Below, piece by piece: positions 59,579 to 64,000 of a DNA stretch of 64,000 nt. Made by a program: the position numbers and the translations under genes. A model generated the notes under the pieces. It worked only from the letters and a program-made list of their open reading frames with translations, was not told where the DNA came from and did no database searches. Location: the NCBI GenBank assembly GCA_963674735.2, contig CAXXQS010000001.1, forward strand, positions 1,120,001 through 1,184,000, in the 5' to 3' direction. The DNA comes from Myxococcota bacterium (GTDB lineage: Bacteria > Myxococcota_A > SURF-8). How positions within the stretch are numbered: position 1 is the stretch's first letter; every line of letters begins with the position of its first letter.

Positions 59579-59826
59579 CGTTTCTTTCTCCTTTGCTGAA
59601 TACAATGTGCCAAAACTTGGTTTTCAACACCCCTCGTCTCAAACCAAAAACCCAGTAGCCGAAAATGCACCTTGATTCCCGCGATTCTTGAAAATCGGGG
59701 GAAAGGTTTTATTCCCTACATCCGTAACCTATTTGGTTGTCGATATATTTTCAGTTTCTCGCCAATGCGAGAGTCCGTGAAGTCATGATTCCAAAACCGG
59801 CGATCGTCTTCCGAAATTCCCGAAAA

Positions 59827-60858
59827 CTAAGGCCGGTGGTCGGTTTTCAAAGACCCTTCGTCGGAACGTTCATGCTCGAGTTGCTCAATACGTTGCCGCG
59901 AAGCCGCGTCTTGGGTCAAATTAATATTGACCCCCTCCTCCTGTAAAAATCGTCTAACTACCAGCTCATCGATATTTAATAGCCTTTGGAGCAAAATGTC
60001 AAGACTTTTCAGAATATTTTCCACGCGTTCGCCCGATCCGCCGAGCCGTTCGGCGAGGGGCAAAAGACGATCCAGGGCTTGATCGAGTTTCGCGTAAGTG
60101 GCCGGAATCTTTTCGATTGTGCCGATGGGTACCGCTTGCGCGATCCGGTCGAGACGTTTCAGGGTGGCGTCGGCCTGGGCCAGCAGCGCCGGGGCGCGTT
60201 TGGAGGCCGTGAGGCTCAAATCGTCGAGCCTTGACGCGATGCGTCCAAGGCGCGCTTCGTTACCGGCAATCAGCCGGTTGGTCTGGCCGAGCAATTCGTC
60301 GGTGCGGTCGATGATGCGTTCGAGGGTTTCGCGTTTGTTGCCGCCGGTTTCGTTGAGCGTTTTCAAGAGTGTTTCGAGTTCGCCCAAAACCGCCTGCAGC
60401 TTGGGCGCCATGGGGTCGAGCTGCTCGAAAAAGGGACGCAACGCGGCGAAGACTTCGTCCATTTCCACCGGCGTTTCGGTGAGCGTGAGGCGTTCGCCGC
60501 CGACCAGCAGCGGAGCTTCGGGGCTTTGCGGAACCAGCTCGACGTATTTTTCGCCCAAAAGATTCTTGGCGCGGATGCGCACGCGGGCGTCTTGGCGCAG
60601 GCCCGCTTCCGATTGAATGCTCATCGCCACCACGGCGCGATTGTGCTCGACGCGGATGGTCTCCACCATGCCGATGGGCACGCCCGCCACCATGACGTAA
60701 TTGTCGGGGACCAGCCCGGAGGCGGACGCGAAAACCGCTTCCACCTCGATATGGCGCGCGGCGCTGCGACCGCCCACCGCGTGGTACATATAGATCAACA
60801 GGCCGACCACCAGCAGGAAAAACAGGCCGAGCCAGACTTCGTTACGAAAGCGTTTCAT
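59827..60858 (-). CDS. MlaD/MCE family protein with long helical C-terminus
   Basis: N-terminal TM, F.SASGL....V.VAGVPIG.V..I and LLGEKYVEL.P motifs, coiled-coil tail. Confidence 0.92.
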   Translation of the reverse strand: MKRFRNEVWLGLFFLLVVGLLIYMYHAVGGRSAARHIEVEAVFASASGLVPDNYVMVAGVPIGMVETIRVEHNRAVVAMSIQSEAGLRQDARVRIRAKNLLGEKYVELVPQSPEAPLLVGGERLTLTETPVEMDEVFAALRPFFEQLDPMAPKLQAVLGELETLLKTLNETGGNKRETLERIIDRTDELLGQTNRLIAGNEARLGRIASRLDDLSLTASKRAPALLAQADATLKRLDRIAQAVPIGTIEKIPATYAKLDQALDRLLPLAERLGGSGERVENILKSLDILLQRLLNIDELVVRRFLQEEGVNINLTQDAASRQRIEQLEHERSDEGSLKTDHRP

Positions 60859-60945
60859 CGCCGTGTGTCCCTTATCACTCACCAAAGGCAGTCAGCTTAC
60901 GAAGTCCCGCGCCGGATGACAAGGTTTTTATGAGGGGGGGATTTT

Positions 60946-60990
60946 GCCCTCTCCTTGGGGAGAGGGTCCGCGACAGCGGATGGGTGAGGT
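60946..60990. repeat. REP-like palindromic element
   Basis: CCCTCTCC-TTGG-GGAGAGGG, then TCCGC-GACA-GCGGA, then GGGTGAGG. Confidence 0.7.
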
Positions 60991-61052
60991 TTTTTAATGG
61001 ATTACTTCTTGCTCAAATTGGCGTGACGATTGTTTTGGCATATGAGGCGGGT

Positions 61053-61158
61053 GACCGTGGCACCCCCTTGTTTCGTTCGGCCTTTAAAGACCGGCCACCC
61101 GACCAACTACTGACGTATACTGCGCCTGATCGTGCTATTGAGGAGAATATTTACAACA
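61053..61158. repeat. Direct repeat copy 1 (106 bp; last codons plus 3' flank of the FGE-like gene)
   Basis: 102/106 identical by hand alignment to 62910-63015, offset 1857 bp. Confidence 0.92.
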
Positions 61159-62694
61159 GCGAAACCCTATAAGGTTAATTGCTGTTTTTAGCCCCATACT
61201 TCCCAAAGATCCCGTTTCTTGACTGCAATCAAGATCTGAAGGAGAATCGAGTCTCCAATCTCCACCTGCCGTATATGCGTTTAAATATTGATCGTATTCG
61301 TACAACCATTCCTCAATATTTCCTGACATGTCGAATACGCCAAAGTCGGAGTAGCATCCATTCATCAAGCCAGTCTGAGTCGGGGCATCTACACCAGCTA
61401 AATCAGAAGCTATTTCATCGTAGCAAATACCTGGAATGAGATCGTTTCCATAAGGAAAAGTATAGTTTTGCGGTCCCACACAAGCCGCATCCCAGTCATT
61501 TTTAGCACAAAGGCTTTTACCTGAGTTCTCGCAGGCTTTGTTTGCCTGATACCAGGTGATAAAACGAGAGGGAATAACACCAACCTCAGAACAAGCGTAA
61601 ACCGGAGTGCTTTGGGGAGCATATTCGCTTTCATCGTCTGTAGGACAACCAGCCAGCACAGTTTTACTTGTATTTAATTTCATGTAAAAACAGATTTCAT
61701 CTTCCAAGCAGCTCACGCAATTACCGAAACCGCTCGGGTAGTCGTCTTCGTTTTGTCCGTAAATCGTACCCGTGCAATCGGCATTGGCCCGAACGGTTGC
61801 TTCGTAGCGGTCGATGCAGAAACTTCCGTTCACCGGCACCATCTCGGGGTGGTTCCAACAGTTGGCTATCGATGGCTCCCCCTCCTGATAGTCGTAATCC
61901 ACCGTGTCGCGCTCCGGCCATTCTTCTTCGTCCAGATCGCCATCCACGACGCCGACACACTGATGGAATGCTACGCACTCCGTTTCATCGCCGCAGATTA
62001 GAAGACTTTCCGCTGGTGGTGTATTCTGGCAATCACTGAAACAAAAACTATAAACAACATCATCACAGGTTTCAAACATCCGGCAAAGGCGCTCGCAACG
62101 AGCTTCTGTAGAATCGGGATCCTGATCCGGTCCATCGCCGTCGAGGATTGCATCCACACACTGGCCATAACTGGCGCAGTCTTCGTGCTCGGCGCAGTCA
62201 GTTACTTCCTTCGGGAGGTTGAGAGTCTGGCACATGTTCATGCAATCGCCGAGCGTCCCCGAGTCGTCGGGGTAACACTCCAGGTACTTTTCGCAGAACG
62301 GCAGGCATCGGCCTGAATATTCGATATCCATGTCACCGTCGGGCGTGTCGCCGTCGGGCGTGTCGCCATCTGTGGTGTCACCATCTGGCTTATCGCCGTC
62401 GGTATCGATCGCTTTACAGGCATTGATATAGCATACTTGTCCATCTGGGCAGCGCCGGAATTCCGCCCAGCCCGAAGCATCAGATTTGCAGATTTCGACC
62501 ACCAGGTCGTCGCCCGGACGGCAGCGCAGCGCTTCCGGCTCGCAAATCCCGCTGCCGCCGTCGGTTTTGTCCTGATCGCCGTCGATTATGTCGCCATCTC
62601 CCGCTGAATCATCAGAGGACTCGTTGCAACCGATCATTCCGACAGCCAGAAACAGAAGAAGAATCAATGTCAGATGTCTTTTATGCTTTACCAT
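61135..62694 (-). CDS. Lipoprotein with Cys-rich modules, DGD linkers and C-terminal FGE-sulfatase/C-type-lectin-fold domain (paralog 1)
   Basis: MIGC lipobox; FCIDRYE, ITWYQA..AC...GK.LC...W..AC, FPYG, GVFDMSGN..EW and GFRCC motifs. Confidence 0.88.
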   Translation of the reverse strand: MVKHKRHLTLILLLFLAVGMIGCNESSDDSAGDGDIIDGDQDKTDGGSGICEPEALRCRPGDDLVVEICKSDASGWAEFRRCPDGQVCYINACKAIDTDGDKPDGDTTDGDTPDGDTPDGDMDIEYSGRCLPFCEKYLECYPDDSGTLGDCMNMCQTLNLPKEVTDCAEHEDCASYGQCVDAILDGDGPDQDPDSTEARCERLCRMFETCDDVVYSFCFSDCQNTPPAESLLICGDETECVAFHQCVGVVDGDLDEEEWPERDTVDYDYQEGEPSIANCWNHPEMVPVNGSFCIDRYEATVRANADCTGTIYGQNEDDYPSGFGNCVSCLEDEICFYMKLNTSKTVLAGCPTDDESEYAPQSTPVYACSEVGVIPSRFITWYQANKACENSGKSLCAKNDWDAACVGPQNYTFPYGNDLIPGICYDEIASDLAGVDAPTQTGLMNGCYSDFGVFDMSGNIEEWLYEYDQYLNAYTAGGDWRLDSPSDLDCSQETGSLGSMGLKTAINLIGFRCCKYSPQ

Positions 62695-62909
62695 GTCAGT
62701 CTGTTCCCCAATTATCCAACGAATACCAGCCTTCATCGTCTACATCGTATCCGTCGACGATGATCGTGCAAAACCCAGGCTGTAATGTGTCGGTAATAAT
62801 TTCCTCAACTTGCGCTTTCCCGCTTGGCGGGTTTTCGTGTTTATCTGTCCCCTGAATTGTATCCTATTTCTTACAAGTCTGCATGGCCATGTTTCGCATC
62901 ACGAAACAA

Positions 62910-63015
62910 GACCGTGGTACGTCCTTGTTTCGTTCGGCCTTTAAAGACCGGCCGCCCGACCAACTACTGACGTATACTGCGCCTGATCGTGCTATTGAGG
63001 AGAATATTTACAACA
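62910..63015. repeat. Direct repeat copy 2
   Basis: Matches 61053-61158. Here it overlaps an inverted repeat ACGAAACAAG...CTTGTTTCGT (62901-62933). Confidence 0.92.
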
Positions 63016-64000
63016 TCTGAAACCAGTCAGATCTGTTGCCGCTTTAAGACTATTACTAATTAATCCTCCAGTATCTCCGCTACAGTCAAAAGAGGTTGTA
63101 GTATCAATCTGCCAATAGCCTCCTATGGCATAAGCACGAAGGTATTCGTTATATTCAAGCAACCATTCCTGAACATTTCCTGACATGTCGAATATTCCAT
63201 AGTCGGAGTAACATCCACTCATTACGCCCGTTTGTGTTGGAGCGTTGATTCCACTCGCATCGGAAGCTGTTTCGTCGTAGCAAAGCCCAGAGATAAAGTT
63301 GTTGCCGTAGGGGAAAACAAGGTTTTGAGGTCCCATGCAGGCAGCTTCCCAATCGCTGCGCGCACAAAGGCTTTTACCTGAATTTTCGCAGGCTTTGTTT
63401 GCCTGATACCAGGTGATGAACCGCGAGGGAAGCACACCAGCCTCGGAACAGGCATATAGAGGCGTGCTCTGCGGGGCGTATTCGCTTGCATCGTCGGTTG
63501 CACAACCGGCAACTCCTCCCGCCTTGCCGTTTTTTTCCCATTCATAACAAATTTCATCTTCCAGGCAGCTCACGCAATTGCCGAAACCGCTCGGGTAGTC
63601 ATCCTCGTTTTGTCCGTAAATCGTACCCGTGCAATCGGCATTGGCCCGCACGGTGGCCTCGTAGCGGTCGATGCAGAAGCTTCCGTTCACCGGCACCATC
63701 TCGGGATGATTCCAGCAGTTGGCCACCGAAGCTTCACCATCCTGATATTCATAATCGACCATCTCGCGTTCGGGCCATTCTTCTTCGTCCAGATCGCCAT
63801 CCACAATTCCAACGCACTGATTGAACGCTGAACACTCCGTTTCATCGCCGCAGATAAGTAAACTTTCGGCTGGTGGGGTTTGGAGGCAGTCGTCGTAGCA
63901 GATGCCGTAAACAACATCATCACAGGTTTCAAACATCCGGCAGAAGCGCTCGCAACGAGCTTCCGTCGAATCGGGATCCTGATCCGGTCCATCGCCGTCG
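62992..64000 (-). CDS. FGE-sulfatase/C-type-lectin-fold protein, paralog 2 (5' end outside window)
   Basis: Collinear with 61135-62143 at offset 1857 with the same motifs; frame open to the window edge. Confidence 0.88.
   Translation of the reverse strand, partial: DGDGPDQDPDSTEARCERFCRMFETCDDVVYGICYDDCLQTPPAESLLICGDETECSAFNQCVGIVDGDLDEEEWPEREMVDYEYQDGEASVANCWNHPEMVPVNGSFCIDRYEATVRANADCTGTIYGQNEDDYPSGFGNCVSCLEDEICYEWEKNGKAGGVAGCATDDASEYAPQSTPLYACSEAGVLPSRFITWYQANKACENSGKSLCARSDWEAACMGPQNLVFPYGNNFISGLCYDETASDASGINAPTQTGVMSGCYSDYGIFDMSGNVQEWLLEYNEYLRAYAIGGYWQIDTTTSFDCSGDTGGLISNSLKAATDLTGFRCCKYSPQ

Noticed and set aside
61135-64000. Diversity-generating retroelement acting on the CLec-fold genes
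   Set aside because: No reverse transcriptase or template repeat is in the window. The differences include many synonymous third-position changes in conserved motifs, unlike adenine-directed mutagenesis. A remote DGR cannot be fully excluded.

Overview
Chromosomal window from a GC-rich bacterium. MYXO-CTERM tails, a selenoprotein and a glycyl radical enzyme suggest a Myxococcota-like or deltaproteobacterial (facultative) anaerobe; this placement is inference. The left half (1-30.2 kb) is mostly housekeeping: metK end, mutL-miaA, pssA-like gene, proS-pyrF-rlmB, tRNA-Pro, phoBR-like pair, pyrE and mnmA-xerC-hslVU, mixed with exported proteins. The right half is accessory and has four highlights. 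(1) A 15-kb co-oriented locus (33.6-48.8 kb) joins a lipid-type import cassette (outer-membrane barrel, TetR, MMPL, LolA-like) to a glycyl radical enzyme I cannot classify (GCVEA / KVGGYS), its activase, a double-SDR fusion, an ADC-fold protein, an atypical acyl-CoA dehydrogenase and two exporters. This is the best candidate for an undescribed system. (2) A UGA/SECIS-recoded selenoperoxiredoxin that the ORF track splits in two. (3) A TonB receptor-CobN-like-ExbB-DUF2149 operon resembling hmuRSUV. (4) Tandem FGE/C-type-lectin lipoprotein paralogs with near-identical flanks around a diverged tip. Two single-base frameshifts (pyrE, cobN-like) may be assembly errors. No CRISPR array, rRNA or transposase was seen. 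All family calls come from motif recognition by eye; no searches were run.
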